Origin: Bacillota bacterium | GTDB taxonomy: Bacteria; Bacillota; Clostridia; Lachnospirales; Lachnospiraceae | Assembly (NCBI GenBank): GCA_023408815.1 | Contig: JAEYJO010000074.1 | Coordinates: forward strand, 6,768 to 70,767 | Length of the DNA: 64,000 bases | Direction: 5' to 3' | Shown: piece by piece, positions 50,101 through 59,727 of the stretch | Layout of the letters: each line of letters starts with the position of its first letter | Position numbering within the stretch: position 1 is the stretch's first letter | Made by a program: the position numbers and the translations under genes | Notes under the pieces: model-generated | What the model saw: only the letters and a program-made list of their open reading frames with translations | Database searches by the model: none | Told to the model about the DNA's origin: nothing

Positions 50101-50465
50101 ATCTGCGCATATTCTGCGGTAGTGGCATCGGTTGTCTTTTTCACGCCGGCAAATGCGGATTCAAATTGTATGCCAGCATTTGCGGATGCCGTCCCTATTG
50201 CTATGATGGCGGTGCCTGCGGCGGTGGCTCCTGTGGCCACCGCCTTAAATGCTTTGACACCTGCCTTTTCCAATCCATTAAAAAAGGGCTCCGTTTCCTG
50301 GAGTACTTGACTAAATGATTGTTTCGTGATGGAGGAGGCTAGTGCTGCTTCTCTTGCAATTTTTTGTAATTCTTTTCTAGTCAAGTCCGTGCTGTTATAC
50401 AAAGACTTTTCTATTTCACCGGCTATTTTTATCGCCATCCGGTATTCACTGTTTTTTGCCGCCAA
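47109..50465 (-). CDS. Tail tape measure protein
   Basis: FESAFAGVKK, AGQLG and LGNNFATTE; 1118 aa, helical. Confidence 0.93.
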   Translation of the reverse strand: MAAKNSEYRMAIKIAGEIEKSLYNSTDLTRKELQKIAREAALASSITKQSFSQVLQETEPFFNGLEKAGVKAFKAVATGATAAGTAIIAIGTASANAGIQFESAFAGVKKTTDATTAEYAQMREEILAMTREIPASAVEISEVAEAAGQLGIQKDNLLEFTRTMIDLGESTNLSSTEAASSLAKFANITKMSADNYDELGSVIVDLGNNFATTEADVVAMATRLASAGELAGFSEAQIMAMSTAMSSVGIEAEAGGSAMSKFIKGIQVSVETGAKDLKDYAKVAGMSVEEFKQAFEKDGLSAASAFIGGLNDIERNGKSATVILDEMGLTEVRLSNTLLSLANAGDLMANAVETANKAWEENTALAKEAGTRYETTESKIAVMKNGITEFGIEINDQINGPMRDGIDIFSDLMHEATASIGSSNVISEIAQEIVDGVPTAIRVTKDLAGVIGDIADPFLAVGGWLADNPELLEGTIVGVGSALATYKVAKGISSLAGSFTALGVASLPILGLTGAAAVIGGVTVAVKKSAEDAKKANLDRHFGNITLSLSDLEETAAYIVDNDSLGQVRESIDALRELDGIDESIDDAVTELNRMNWKVSIGMNLKEDEQERYKQNIASYVDDVQAYVEQEQYSVNLAVGVLTDDDLEGANIVTRINEFYSDKQQELANLGTQLNAAITDAFTDGLLEPDEAKLISGLQQQMANIKASLTEGQYEANLDLLGLKYSTQELDSDSFQNLQAEINEQMEQARKDYEEAYTLANASARARFADPESKMTQAEYDAELAEYKENYLEQVGSLEAKATSFMGQSIRQHYEDEAGGYIDNMPDAVGRATDRIKNMETLPNSDMQYQILAQEAGLDGIDSTTKKAIGELWKEYKPGVEELQKLQQEYIDAGKAIPQYITDGINEGLAIGLLSKDKSMIFDALGQQAISQNYEPTAVDEEKVSEAAEEAYAAIKAGYTDKFSDPIEMEAWVKIYTNNQFTNPNSPRMKAYGYGGFATYPQNALIAERGYDEALIPIDGSERSKSLWEETGERLGISGREGSFSVLMTKILGDEGSGTSNTTNNNDESYSFPFSPVYNFYGEAPSQKDMDNHVEASFEKWEAMMEKWQKNHRRLSFS

Positions 50466-50600
50466 GTTGTTCCGCCTCCCTCACAATTTCCATTACCTCT
50501 AAAAAGGGCAAGCTATATAAAAAATCTAAGCCCGCCCTCATTCTCATAGAGAGTACAATCAATATTTTTCTGATATCACCAAAGTTCTCGGGTGCCATTC

Positions 50601-50954
50601 CTAGTAGTACAAAAAATAGTTCACCCGGCCCTTCACCTTCATGCTGTCCTTCATTGACAAATTACAGAAGAATTCAAATGGTAATTTGGTTGCCTGCATC
50701 GCAACATAAAAGGCATATTCCATTGTCATTTCAGGAGAAGCCGATGTATCTCCTCGTTTCTTCATCATTCTGTTAATAGCAATCATATCTGAGCCTGTAA
50801 GGTCTTCCAGTTTATTCATATCCAGTTCAGATATTGCTTTACCTTCAAAGGTATATGTTTTTGAAAGCTTAATGAGCATGAAATCTGCGACCTTTATTTC
50901 CTCCGCGCCCTCTTCAGTTACATCCTTTTCCATTAATTCTTTATCTTTTTCCAC
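50601..50954 (-). CDS. Tail assembly chaperone (probable -1 frameshift extension to 50446)
   Basis: Between tube and tape measure genes; TTTTTTG before the stop. Confidence 0.85.
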   Translation of the reverse strand: MEKDKELMEKDVTEEGAEEIKVADFMLIKLSKTYTFEGKAISELDMNKLEDLTGSDMIAINRMMKKRGDTSASPEMTMEYAFYVAMQATKLPFEFFCNLSMKDSMKVKGRVNYFLYY

Positions 50955-50964
50955 ATTATCCTCC

Positions 50965-51486
50965 TTAGCAATACTGACGCATTTGCTCCATGATATCCTT
51001 ACCGTTTACTTTGTATACGGAATTTAATTTGTCCAGTTCCAGCTTTGACTGTCCATCAACTTCAATAAGAATATATAACAGTTCCAATGTGATGGATGCA
51101 TTCATTGTAGTTCCGTTCTTCACCGTGCCGGGTTCAAACGCTTTTGTCTTTCCCCGAACCGCTACACGGAGATTCTTGAAACCATCGCCGCCTTCTCCTC
51201 TATCCAAGTTCTGCTGTGCTACGCGCAGGTTAAGGTCTACTACTTCCGTAGGGTCCGCAAAGCGAAATATATCTTCATCCAAATTAATGAAGGGAAGTTT
51301 CAGTTCCATGCTCTCATATTGCCCCATAACTGCCTGATTGAATTTTCCAAGGAGGCCAGAGCCTTCCATTTCTACTGTAAGCGCGTTAAAGGCAGGAAGC
51401 GCAACTTCTGTTATGCCTATAAGCACTTCACCCTGATCGTACACGTTGAATGTATGCGTTGCCGCCGCTAATATGTTGTTGCTCAT
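50965..51486 (-). CDS. Tail tube protein (P2 FII-like)
   Basis: EVALP..ELDKLN..VNGKD. Confidence 0.88.
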   Translation of the reverse strand: MSNNILAAATHTFNVYDQGEVLIGITEVALPAFNALTVEMEGSGLLGKFNQAVMGQYESMELKLPFINLDEDIFRFADPTEVVDLNLRVAQQNLDRGEGGDGFKNLRVAVRGKTKAFEPGTVKNGTTMNASITLELLYILIEVDGQSKLELDKLNSVYKVNGKDIMEQMRQYC

Positions 51487-52943
51487 TATTCACTACCTCC
51501 TAATGCATTTTCAAGCAGTGTCGGGTCAAAGGAAAGGACATTCAGGATATATTCTGCCGGAGTAAATGGTGCAAGGTACTGCCTTACCATAATCTTTCCT
51601 TCTAAGGCTTGCTCCGTCGTATTATCTTCTTTCCTATATTCCATTTTTGCTCCAGCAAACTTTCCCTGCTGCACGTAGCTGTTTCCCCTAATATTTTCTT
51701 TATCCACGATAGTCTCAATCAACCTGAAATTGGCTGGATTGTCAACTTCATCTGCGCATCTGACAATAAAAGCGTTCCCGTACCATGAAAATGCCCTTCG
51801 GCAACAAATCCACCGGTCTTTCGTTTCCGTCACTTCCGGATAGGCCGCCGTATTGTTTCCCCAGCTCCTAAATCCCTGATTGTACAGAATAGTCACAATT
51901 CCTTGACCATTTAAAGCGTTTCCTTCCGGCTGATCCAGGTTAATTTCTTGTCCATCTTCTAGTTGTGCGCCGGAAATTCTTAATATCCGGTTGGACGGGG
52001 ATACTGTAGGAATAGAATCGTTGTCTGCGTCTGTCTGCGCGGTCATTGCACCATAGATGGCCGAATAATAATAGCTTACGCCGCTTACCGATGCTTTGGG
52101 CCAAAGAAGAATCATGTCCTCACTGTTCAGTCCATAATCATCCTTTAACTGTGCGCAATCAGTATATTTTCTTGCGACCTCCGTATCAAGGTCAATTAGG
52201 CATTCGCAGCGGAATACCCCGTTGATCTCCCTGCATTTTGCTGATAGGACAGCCGCCACATTCTTTTTATGGCTCCAGCCTGGAGCAAGTAGCAATCCTG
52301 GAAATCTTCCACACACCGGATAGACTCTTCTTACCAATTCAAGGCCCGATTCTTTACCTGTCTCGGCATCGATTCCTCCAATAATATCTGCTTCCGTCAC
52401 CGCTTCCGGGGCGATGCTCGTTGAAGATACTTTTATCTTGGTTGCTGCTGCTCCCTGCCCTGCCGATAGGATCGTGATAACCAAATAGCCATCCGAGTCA
52501 AAAGAAGCAATATAATCCGTATCCTTTACCAAGAGGACATCACTATCTGTCTTTACTATTAAGGTATCAGCCAGAATCCCCAGCGCATCCACCGTGACCT
52601 GCTTATTAATTATAGTGTACTCTTTTTCAGCATTATCTTTTTTATGCTTTGCCGGGTCAAGTACATTGCAGAGTACAACCGGACCTACTGCAAATATCTT
52701 AAAGTAAGCGCTTACAGCCTGACATAAGGTATAATTTTTAAAATCCTCCGAGTAGCCTAATTTTCTCACAGCCTCGTCAAGAGAATTAACTAAAATTAAC
52801 TGATCCGTTGTCTTTCTCGGCTCCTCTGCCAAATGGATAGGCGCGGTTCCGAATATAACATGCAAGCCGGATTCGTTGTTTGTTGGAGTTGCAATGCTGG
52901 AACCCACTTCCTGCACATACGCTCCATGATAATATGTTGACAT
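51486..52943 (-). CDS. Tail sheath protein
   Basis: YYHGAYVQE, LLAPGWS, SPSN, WGN and PAE. Confidence 0.92.
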   Translation of the reverse strand: MSTYYHGAYVQEVGSSIATPTNNESGLHVIFGTAPIHLAEEPRKTTDQLILVNSLDEAVRKLGYSEDFKNYTLCQAVSAYFKIFAVGPVVLCNVLDPAKHKKDNAEKEYTIINKQVTVDALGILADTLIVKTDSDVLLVKDTDYIASFDSDGYLVITILSAGQGAAATKIKVSSTSIAPEAVTEADIIGGIDAETGKESGLELVRRVYPVCGRFPGLLLAPGWSHKKNVAAVLSAKCREINGVFRCECLIDLDTEVARKYTDCAQLKDDYGLNSEDMILLWPKASVSGVSYYYSAIYGAMTAQTDADNDSIPTVSPSNRILRISGAQLEDGQEINLDQPEGNALNGQGIVTILYNQGFRSWGNNTAAYPEVTETKDRWICCRRAFSWYGNAFIVRCADEVDNPANFRLIETIVDKENIRGNSYVQQGKFAGAKMEYRKEDNTTEQALEGKIMVRQYLAPFTPAEYILNVLSFDPTLLENALGGSE

Positions 52944-52953
52944 ATTTTTCCTC

Positions 52954-53259
52954 CTATTCTGTTATAATTTTATTGTAAATTACCGCCAGCGCGCTTCCTG
53001 GAACGCGAAGCTCTTTTCGCACGCCGGATAGTTCGCTGACTGGTACCACAAGGTTTTTTATTGCTGGCTGTTTCTCCATTTCTAATTCCAAATTATTAGG
53101 AATCCCATTGTTATAAATCGTACCGGTAGATACCAGGCCTTTAATGGAAGGACCTATGTATATAACCGCTTCTTTTTTCGCAGTATCGCGTGCCGCAACG
53201 GTTTTCGACTTCGTTTCGGTGCTTTTTACATCCTGCGTCTCCTTCTTTACTTCGCTCAT
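52954..53259 (-). CDS. Phage hypothetical protein
   Basis: RBS and position upstream of sheath. Confidence 0.7.
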   Translation of the reverse strand: MSEVKKETQDVKSTETKSKTVAARDTAKKEAVIYIGPSIKGLVSTGTIYNNGIPNNLELEMEKQPAIKNLVVPVSELSGVRKELRVPGSALAVIYNKIITE

Positions 53260-53723
53260 GCGTATTTGCTCTCCCTTCTGAATGCTGGAATATTAAACAC
53301 TATTGAAACCGCCCCATAATGATACGGGTGCACGTCTTCTGTATCTAATACCCATGTTATTTCTTCCTCTGCGTAATACTGACCTTTCAGTATCGGATCT
53401 TTCAAAAACCTCTCACAAATATCATTGATTACATTTAGTACATCCTTTTTCCCATGGTTCGTATTGTCATTATCATATATTCCGATTAGCAATTGTAACT
53501 TTACTTTTTGCTCTGACAAGCTATCTGGTATTGCCCCTTCCTGCGGCAGAATCAGCACGTATGGAAATTTCTTTTTCGAATCTTCATTTGCCTTCTCTTT
53601 TGGAAGCCCGTACTGAAAAATATTTATTTCCGTATCTTTCCCTTCCGGCGCCTTAAGGTTCATATGGCTTAATACCAGTTTGAGTTCCACCGCTAAATCT
53701 TCCACAAATTGTACCGGTACCAT
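53256..53723 (-). CDS. Probable tail terminator/completion protein
   Basis: Position; FPYVL motif. Confidence 0.6.
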   Translation of the reverse strand: MVPVQFVEDLAVELKLVLSHMNLKAPEGKDTEINIFQYGLPKEKANEDSKKKFPYVLILPQEGAIPDSLSEQKVKLQLLIGIYDNDNTNHGKKDVLNVINDICERFLKDPILKGQYYAEEEITWVLDTEDVHPYHYGAVSIVFNIPAFRRESKYA

Positions 53724-54367
53724 TACAATCCCTCCATTACAGATGCTATATGTTTCTCAAGATTTATCCTTAATCCCGTTTCAATGGTGGATTGCACTAA
53801 TGGGTAAACCCGCTTGCTTTCGACCATTTGAGGCTCTGATAAACTGTACAGCTGCTTAATAGCATTTTTTCTAACTGCTTTTCTACCGCTACCGTGTCTG
53901 TTGTCGAAAAAGTCCTGCTGTTTAACTTTACCTCCTGAATTTAATCGCTGAAAAACACCATAGTGACCATTCTTCATCCTCTGGACAAAAGCTTTTAGGT
54001 CTTTTCCATTGTCTTCCCCGCCCCTTAAGGTCAGTTCCTTCAGGCTTCCCGCTGATAATACTTGAGCTTTTGCCGCTGCCGGGCCTCTATTTTTTCGAAT
54101 CTTGAAAGCATACAGCGGAATGGGTTTTCCCTCCGTCATGACGGTAGCCTGCAAATATTTTATAGTTGCATTTTCGATTTTTACTGCCCGGTTAAATCCT
54201 CCAGCTTTGACCATGTACTTTTTTTGCGCTTCGGAAAGTATGCTCTTTCGCGCATCTTTCGCCGTATCGTTAATGGTCTTTCTTAACACATCCGGTATTT
54301 TCTCAGGCATATCTTTCAACCGCTGATTAAGCCTATCGTGTATATCCTGCGGGACATAAACAATCAT
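53723..54367 (-). CDS. Minor tail/neck protein (lambda gpZ-like)
   Basis: Basic protein with AF..MKNGH.GVFQR. Confidence 0.72.
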   Translation of the reverse strand: MIVYVPQDIHDRLNQRLKDMPEKIPDVLRKTINDTAKDARKSILSEAQKKYMVKAGGFNRAVKIENATIKYLQATVMTEGKPIPLYAFKIRKNRGPAAAKAQVLSAGSLKELTLRGGEDNGKDLKAFVQRMKNGHYGVFQRLNSGGKVKQQDFFDNRHGSGRKAVRKNAIKQLYSLSEPQMVESKRVYPLVQSTIETGLRINLEKHIASVMEGL

Positions 54368-54687
54368 GATTCTCTTGCCTCCAGACTAATAGAATGCATT
54401 CCTCCTTCGCTAATTGCATCCGTCACTTCAAAATAATCTCCATCCAGTTCCATTCGGCGACCAATAAGCGGCAAGGGGCCATACTCTTCTTCCGATACGT
54501 AAAAGAGGAGCTGCTTTATATGCAGCCCCTCGGCTAACTCCCTTTCCTTTTTCTCTCTAACGATCAACTCAAATTCATCGATGATGATACACATTACTTC
54601 TCCATCAACAATATGGTTTTCTCCGAATTCTTCCAGGTTCAGAAATATCTCTTTTATATCACTCAGAATCATATCCTTGAGGCCCAT
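54364..54687 (-). CDS. Head-tail adaptor-like protein
   Basis: FLNLEEFGE.H; GGAGG RBS before ATG 54687. Confidence 0.65.
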   Translation of the reverse strand: MGLKDMILSDIKEIFLNLEEFGENHIVDGEVMCIIIDEFELIVREKKERELAEGLHIKQLLFYVSEEEYGPLPLIGRRMELDGDYFEVTDAISEGGMHSISLEARES

Positions 54688-54688
54688 A

Positions 54689-55078
54689 TTAATCCTCCGG
54701 AAGCGCTGCATCCAAAGCCGGAGGAGTTTCGCTTTCCAGCCTTTGTTTCTCACTTACGATACGTTCAATCAGTTCCTCTTTGCCACCATCACTCGGTAAT
54801 CCCATATCTTTTGCCATTTTTACCAACGCAGGCTTATTAAGCTTCGTCAAAGAATCTTCTTCCTGACTATCACTTTCTCCAGCTCCGGTATCATCAGCGT
54901 CTTCTCCAGGTCGTACCTGTTGCGACGTCGCAACGGCCTTTGCAGCCACCCCCAGTCGTATCAGCCGATCCGCTTCTTTACCGCCAACCTCGAAGGGTGC
55001 TGATTTTACGTTTTTGGGTAATATGGTTCCCACTTCATCGCTATAACCGTAAGTTCCACAAATTATTTTTATAAGCAT
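54689..55078 (-). CDS. Head-region protein with SAP/HeH-like motif
   Basis: LTKLNKPALVKMAKDMGLPSDGGKEELIERI. Confidence 0.65.
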   Translation of the reverse strand: MLIKIICGTYGYSDEVGTILPKNVKSAPFEVGGKEADRLIRLGVAAKAVATSQQVRPGEDADDTGAGESDSQEEDSLTKLNKPALVKMAKDMGLPSDGGKEELIERIVSEKQRLESETPPALDAALPED

Positions 55079-55089
55079 ATCTCTCCTCC

Positions 55090-56160
55090 TTAGAAAAGTA
55101 CCTTCGCCTTGATTGCCGAGTTTTTGAAGTTAGGCACCATCAACGGCCGTGCTTTTTCAGTTAACGTCCGTGTGCTGCTATGTATATCTGCGGTAACTTG
55201 CGGAACGCGTTTGGCGGCATAGGTATGGAAATGCTCATCTTTTTCAAGCTGGGTTACTGCTCCATAAAGAGTGCGCCCCATATCGGGTGCGGTCAGGCAA
55301 ACCTCCCCATAAGGGATAAACGGCTTAGACTGTCCATCTTCATCGGTAAATTCTTCGGAATAAAAAATAAATTCAATCCATACACCCATCACATTTATCT
55401 TTCCAAGAGATGTAGCTCCGTTTGGTGTGTCTTTCGGGTCAATGTGTGCAAGCTGTAGGGATCTGTTGTCCAGTAATTTCAGCAAGAATTCATTTTTTAA
55501 AAGTACCGCCGCCACTGCGGAATCCATGAGTAAGTCAGCTGCTCTTAAGCCTCTCCTTTTCAGAATTTGTGCTATAGCAAAAATATCATCTAAAAATGCG
55601 CTTCCGGTGGAATTCCAAGGAGCTGCCGGAACGTATACGGCCGGATTGTTCGCTTCGTCGTAAAATCTGATATCAAACGCCTCATATTTCCCTTCTCCGT
55701 ATTTATCTGCGTACTGCTTCATAGTATAGCCATTTTCAAAGAGAGTCTTTGCTGCCATCCATTCCTCCCTTGTATCAATCAGTTCATTTAATTCTTTCAG
55801 ATCGGTGGCAAGAATAGATGCTTCTCTTTCGGCCGGTTTCTTCTGCGAGAAGAGAGTTTCTCCGAACTGCTTTTTATTTAATTCATCCACGGAAAGGGGC
55901 CTCTCCGGAGCAATATAGGGAGGCGTGATTCGTTCTGTTTTATAACCGTCTCTCTGAACAGGAATACCTCCCTTTAACGGAATAACGGCTGGTGCCATCT
56001 TTCTTTGCTTTTCATCTTTGTATTCAACCAACACATCTTCCGTCGTGAAAATGTCCTTGTCAGAAGTCCTAAAATATCGATCCCTTAAAAATGTAGGTCT
56101 TGGCGGCATAAGCTGCATAGCTGCAACCATTGTTTGTGTCTGATAAATATTAATTCCCAT
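55090..56160 (-). CDS. Major capsid protein (lambda gpE-like)
   Basis: FLRDRYF, REEWMAA and ARPL; position. Confidence 0.9.
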   Translation of the reverse strand: MGINIYQTQTMVAAMQLMPPRPTFLRDRYFRTSDKDIFTTEDVLVEYKDEKQRKMAPAVIPLKGGIPVQRDGYKTERITPPYIAPERPLSVDELNKKQFGETLFSQKKPAEREASILATDLKELNELIDTREEWMAAKTLFENGYTMKQYADKYGEGKYEAFDIRFYDEANNPAVYVPAAPWNSTGSAFLDDIFAIAQILKRRGLRAADLLMDSAVAAVLLKNEFLLKLLDNRSLQLAHIDPKDTPNGATSLGKINVMGVWIEFIFYSEEFTDEDGQSKPFIPYGEVCLTAPDMGRTLYGAVTQLEKDEHFHTYAAKRVPQVTADIHSSTRTLTEKARPLMVPNFKNSAIKAKVLF

Positions 56161-56179
56161 TTTTTCCCTTCTCCTTTTC

Positions 56180-56545
56180 TTACATTACATTTCCGAGATA
56201 AATGCCGCCGTTTCTTAATGCGGTAATATCTGCGCTATTCATGGTATACCCATCTTTTGCAATTAGAGCGCCGCTATTAAAGTCGCCACTTCGGTATGCC
56301 GGTGCAACAATATCTTTTGTAGTGGCATCGTCTGCATCTTCCGCAAGGATATAAGATGCCGTGCATTCAGCCGTTCCCAAAATATAGCATTTATCATCGT
56401 CTTTAGTGGCTAAAACGGTGCCTCTTTTTAATTTGCCCTGTCCAGCAGCAATTGTGATATGGCAGACATCCGTCGAGTGCTTTGTGTCAATAATTAGCAT
56501 TTCCGGACTGTATGAACCTACTGCTTCTCTTCCTATTTTGCTCAT
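56180..56545 (-). CDS. Head decoration protein (gpD-like)
   Basis: LKRGTVL..ILAED..YRSGDFN. Confidence 0.85.
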   Translation of the reverse strand: MSKIGREAVGSYSPEMLIIDTKHSTDVCHITIAAGQGKLKRGTVLATKDDDKCYILGTAECTASYILAEDADDATTKDIVAPAYRSGDFNSGALIAKDGYTMNSADITALRNGGIYLGNVM

Positions 56546-56556
56546 CTTTTCCTCCT

Positions 56557-57810
56557 TTACGCCTGAAAGCTGCCCGCAATGAGATTTGCGCCATTGCTAA
56601 TGTCTTCCAGCTCTTGCTCTTCGTTTGATTTTGTACCTGCATTTGGTGCGGGCTTAACTTTATTAACGTTTGATGCCTGTGCGTCCTCTTCTAAAGCACC
56701 AAGAAACTGTTCCCCTGCGCTTTTCTGATTCTTCATCGCTTCAAAAGCGAGTTGCTGGGCCGTCATGGGTTTTTCTCCAAATTTAGCCGCGTTTACAAGT
56801 TCTTTATCCGCGATCTGATTTTCGATTTCTCCAATTTCTTTTAAGCGCTCACGCTCTTCAGCCACGGCCTGATTCTTAATATCATCCGTATTCAGATTTT
56901 GTTCTGCGGATTGTCCTACTTCTTTTTCAATCTGTGACACCAGATCGGGATGCTTTTGTCTAAGCTCTTCTACCGTCATTTTCTCTTTTCCTCCTACTTT
57001 TTGATTGTTGTTATCTATTACTGCCGGTTGGTCCCCCTGCCCGGATGTAATCTCCATAACCGGTATATTATCCGGTATATTGTGGAATCCCATGGCGGAC
57101 ATCGGAATTCCATTTGCCACTATAATTTTTCTGTCCGCAGTCAATGACAACTTGGCTTGACTGCTTGTTTCGATGATCTCATCAATAAATCCCTCTTCGA
57201 CTGCTTCCTGTCCGGTCATCCACCGCTCTTCATCCATGAGACTCTTAATGTAGTCTTTTTCCTTGCCTGATCTGGCCGCATACGTTTCCAAGGCAGATTT
57301 ATTTCCACCGGAAATTCTGTTCTCCATCTGTTTTAGGTCTTTCAGGTTGTATGAGCCAAACATAAAAACGGAAGCCCCGTGTACCATCACTTGACTTCCC
57401 GCAAAAGCTTTCCTCGTTTTTCCACCTTGCAAGATAATAGACGCAGCGCTGGCCGCCAAACCGTCCGCAATGGTCACAGTATTTCCCTTCAGTTCTGATA
57501 TCCGGTTACATATCGCAATTCCTGCATATAAGTCCCCTCCTACCGAATTAATTCGGAAAGTTATATTATTTTTTTCCTTGTAAACATTTAAATCGTTTAA
57601 AAATTCGGCCAGTACGATATAAAGCCCCTTTACCGGTTCTCCTGTCCACCAGTCCACCGGCCTTGATTCCACGACCTGTCCATACATATTAACTTCCAAC
57701 GAATTTTCATCCGGCTCGACAAAGTTATACGGCTTTATATCTGTACTTCCAATAAAACCAGGCAGAGGTCCGTTAAGTATTACACTCGTTTCATTTTTCT
57801 TGCTTCTCAA
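56557..57810 (-). CDS. ClpP-type prohead protease/scaffold
   Basis: INSVGG, GLAASAAS, MVH and WMTGQEAVEEGF; TTG start after GAGGAGG. Confidence 0.9.
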   Translation of the reverse strand: MRSKKNETSVILNGPLPGFIGSTDIKPYNFVEPDENSLEVNMYGQVVESRPVDWWTGEPVKGLYIVLAEFLNDLNVYKEKNNITFRINSVGGDLYAGIAICNRISELKGNTVTIADGLAASAASIILQGGKTRKAFAGSQVMVHGASVFMFGSYNLKDLKQMENRISGGNKSALETYAARSGKEKDYIKSLMDEERWMTGQEAVEEGFIDEIIETSSQAKLSLTADRKIIVANGIPMSAMGFHNIPDNIPVMEITSGQGDQPAVIDNNNQKVGGKEKMTVEELRQKHPDLVSQIEKEVGQSAEQNLNTDDIKNQAVAEERERLKEIGEIENQIADKELVNAAKFGEKPMTAQQLAFEAMKNQKSAGEQFLGALEEDAQASNVNKVKPAPNAGTKSNEEQELEDISNGANLIAGSFQA

Positions 57811-59443
57811 GTTTCTTTTCCTCCTCAATCATTTCTTTTAAAACATCCTTTATAACATCTTTTATCATTCCTGCCATGTCAGGAATCTTCATTTGAGCGG
57901 ATTCTTTTTTCCTCTCTCCGTTTTCTGGTATGGAGCTTTCATCTTCTAGCCCTAATATTTCTTTCTTCTTCGCAATTTCGATTGCCAGCTTATTCATATT
58001 CGTGTTCCAGTCACCGCCATTCAGTCGTATGGTGCTATCCTCATGAGTAGAAAAACCTTCTGCAACAGCCATAATCTCAGCAGTAATTTCCTTTACCGGA
58101 TCCAACTGTCCTTGCGACGGTCCTATCCATTCAGCTCCCAGCCATGCTTCCTTTATTCTCCTATCATGAAAATATCCCGGAGCTTTTATCCTTCCCCTTG
58201 CGACTGCCTCCGTTAACCATACTTCATAAATCGGTGTGCAAAAGTCACTGGTAAACCACCCTCTGTACATACGAAAAGATTTCCACGCCTCCAGCAATGC
58301 TCCCCTGCTTGCCGAATAACTGGCGTTGAAATCTTTTAAAAGTAAATCCCTCGGTATTTCCAGTGCAGCTCCAAGCTGTGTACTCAATGCCTTTATAAAA
58401 TTTTCAAACCCTGAAGCTGGGCGCTTAGGTTCTCCAAACTCTACCTCTTCCCCTGGATTCATTACATTTACTTGCCCCGGCCCCATCTCGTATTCATTAG
58501 GATCGTATCGCGCCTCTTCGCCTGCAGGAACTGCTTTATTAAGAGGCATCTCATCGGTACCTGCGGTAGTTTTTATAAAAGCGGTAAAAAAACTCTCTAC
58601 AATAGCCGCTGTAATCTCTGCTTCTGTGTATCTCCGCATTTGCAATAACGGTTCGATGATTGGCGCTAGATAGGAAACCCCTCGATATTGCTCCGGTCGC
58701 TCCGCCGTCATAACATGTATCACATTCGGAAGATTTGTTTTTTTACCGTAAGCCTCTATTCTCTCCCAATTTGTTTCCTCAATAGTTGTCTCATATGGAT
58801 AGGTATTTCTGATATGATAAGCCACCACCATCCCATTTTCATTCACCTCAACACCATCATATATTCTGTTTTTATTATCATCATTTTTCCTTTCCGTCAT
58901 ATTAAACAGAAAAGAAACTTTATTTTGCGGTGTGCTGCACCTGTCTGCTTCAACTACATGTAGTCTTAGTGAGTAAGGCTTGTCATTATCATTCTCCACA
59001 TGCTTCAGTAAAACCATTACATCTCCTGATACCAGCCATGATATAAATGCCAACTGCTGCATATCGTAAAAATCATTCATCCCCGTAGCATCGCAAGCGT
59101 TTTTTCTCCCGGCCCAAAGCTTAAACTCAGACTTTGTATTTCGTTCCCACTCTTCTGCTTGTTCTGCCGTCATTCCTAAGTAATCTCGGTCTATCTTAGG
59201 ATTTAGCTTTAGTCCAAGCCCTATGGTATTTGTGCGGTTGGTCTTTATTCCAGAGGCGGCTATAGGTGCGCTCATATACAACATGCGGCATCTTTGCCGC
59301 ATGGTATCATTGTTTGCATCTATATCTTCCCTCGGACTTCCCGACTGCGCTTTGAATCCTTTTAAGCTCCTCTTGGTAAGTGAAGCACCAGCAGCGCCGT
59401 ACCCCTTACTGCCTCCGGATAAAATTGTTACTTCTGCACTCAA
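57791..59443 (-). CDS. Portal protein, lambda family
   Basis: RPEQYRGV, SYSASR and LDPVKE. Confidence 0.93.
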   Translation of the reverse strand: MSAEVTILSGGSKGYGAAGASLTKRSLKGFKAQSGSPREDIDANNDTMRQRCRMLYMSAPIAASGIKTNRTNTIGLGLKLNPKIDRDYLGMTAEQAEEWERNTKSEFKLWAGRKNACDATGMNDFYDMQQLAFISWLVSGDVMVLLKHVENDNDKPYSLRLHVVEADRCSTPQNKVSFLFNMTERKNDDNKNRIYDGVEVNENGMVVAYHIRNTYPYETTIEETNWERIEAYGKKTNLPNVIHVMTAERPEQYRGVSYLAPIIEPLLQMRRYTEAEITAAIVESFFTAFIKTTAGTDEMPLNKAVPAGEEARYDPNEYEMGPGQVNVMNPGEEVEFGEPKRPASGFENFIKALSTQLGAALEIPRDLLLKDFNASYSASRGALLEAWKSFRMYRGWFTSDFCTPIYEVWLTEAVARGRIKAPGYFHDRRIKEAWLGAEWIGPSQGQLDPVKEITAEIMAVAEGFSTHEDSTIRLNGGDWNTNMNKLAIEIAKKKEILGLEDESSIPENGERKKESAQMKIPDMAGMIKDVIKDVLKEMIEEEKKLEKQEK

Positions 59444-59454
59444 ATTATTACCTC

Positions 59455-59727
59455 CTACCAGTCTTGCGGTACTACCGCGACCGCCTTTCTTGGCCTTTTA
59501 TCTGACTCCATTTCTTTAATTTCTTTCTCAAGTTCTTTAATCTGTGCCCTGATATTTGCCAGATCAGTGTTATATCGGGTCACATTTCTGGAACCTATTC
59601 CATACGATTGCACTCCTTTTGAAGAAAGCATCTCCTCTTCCCGCTCATAATATAGATTTAAGCGCCGTTTCTTCCGTTCCAGAGGCGTAAGGTCTTGCCC
59701 TTGGTTCTCATTACCAGTCATCCCCAT
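59455..59727 (-). CDS. Head completion protein (gpW-like)
   Basis: VQSYGIGSRNVTR; between terminase and portal. Confidence 0.75.
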   Translation of the reverse strand: MGMTGNENQGQDLTPLERKKRRLNLYYEREEEMLSSKGVQSYGIGSRNVTRYNTDLANIRAQIKELEKEIKEMESDKRPRKAVAVVPQDW

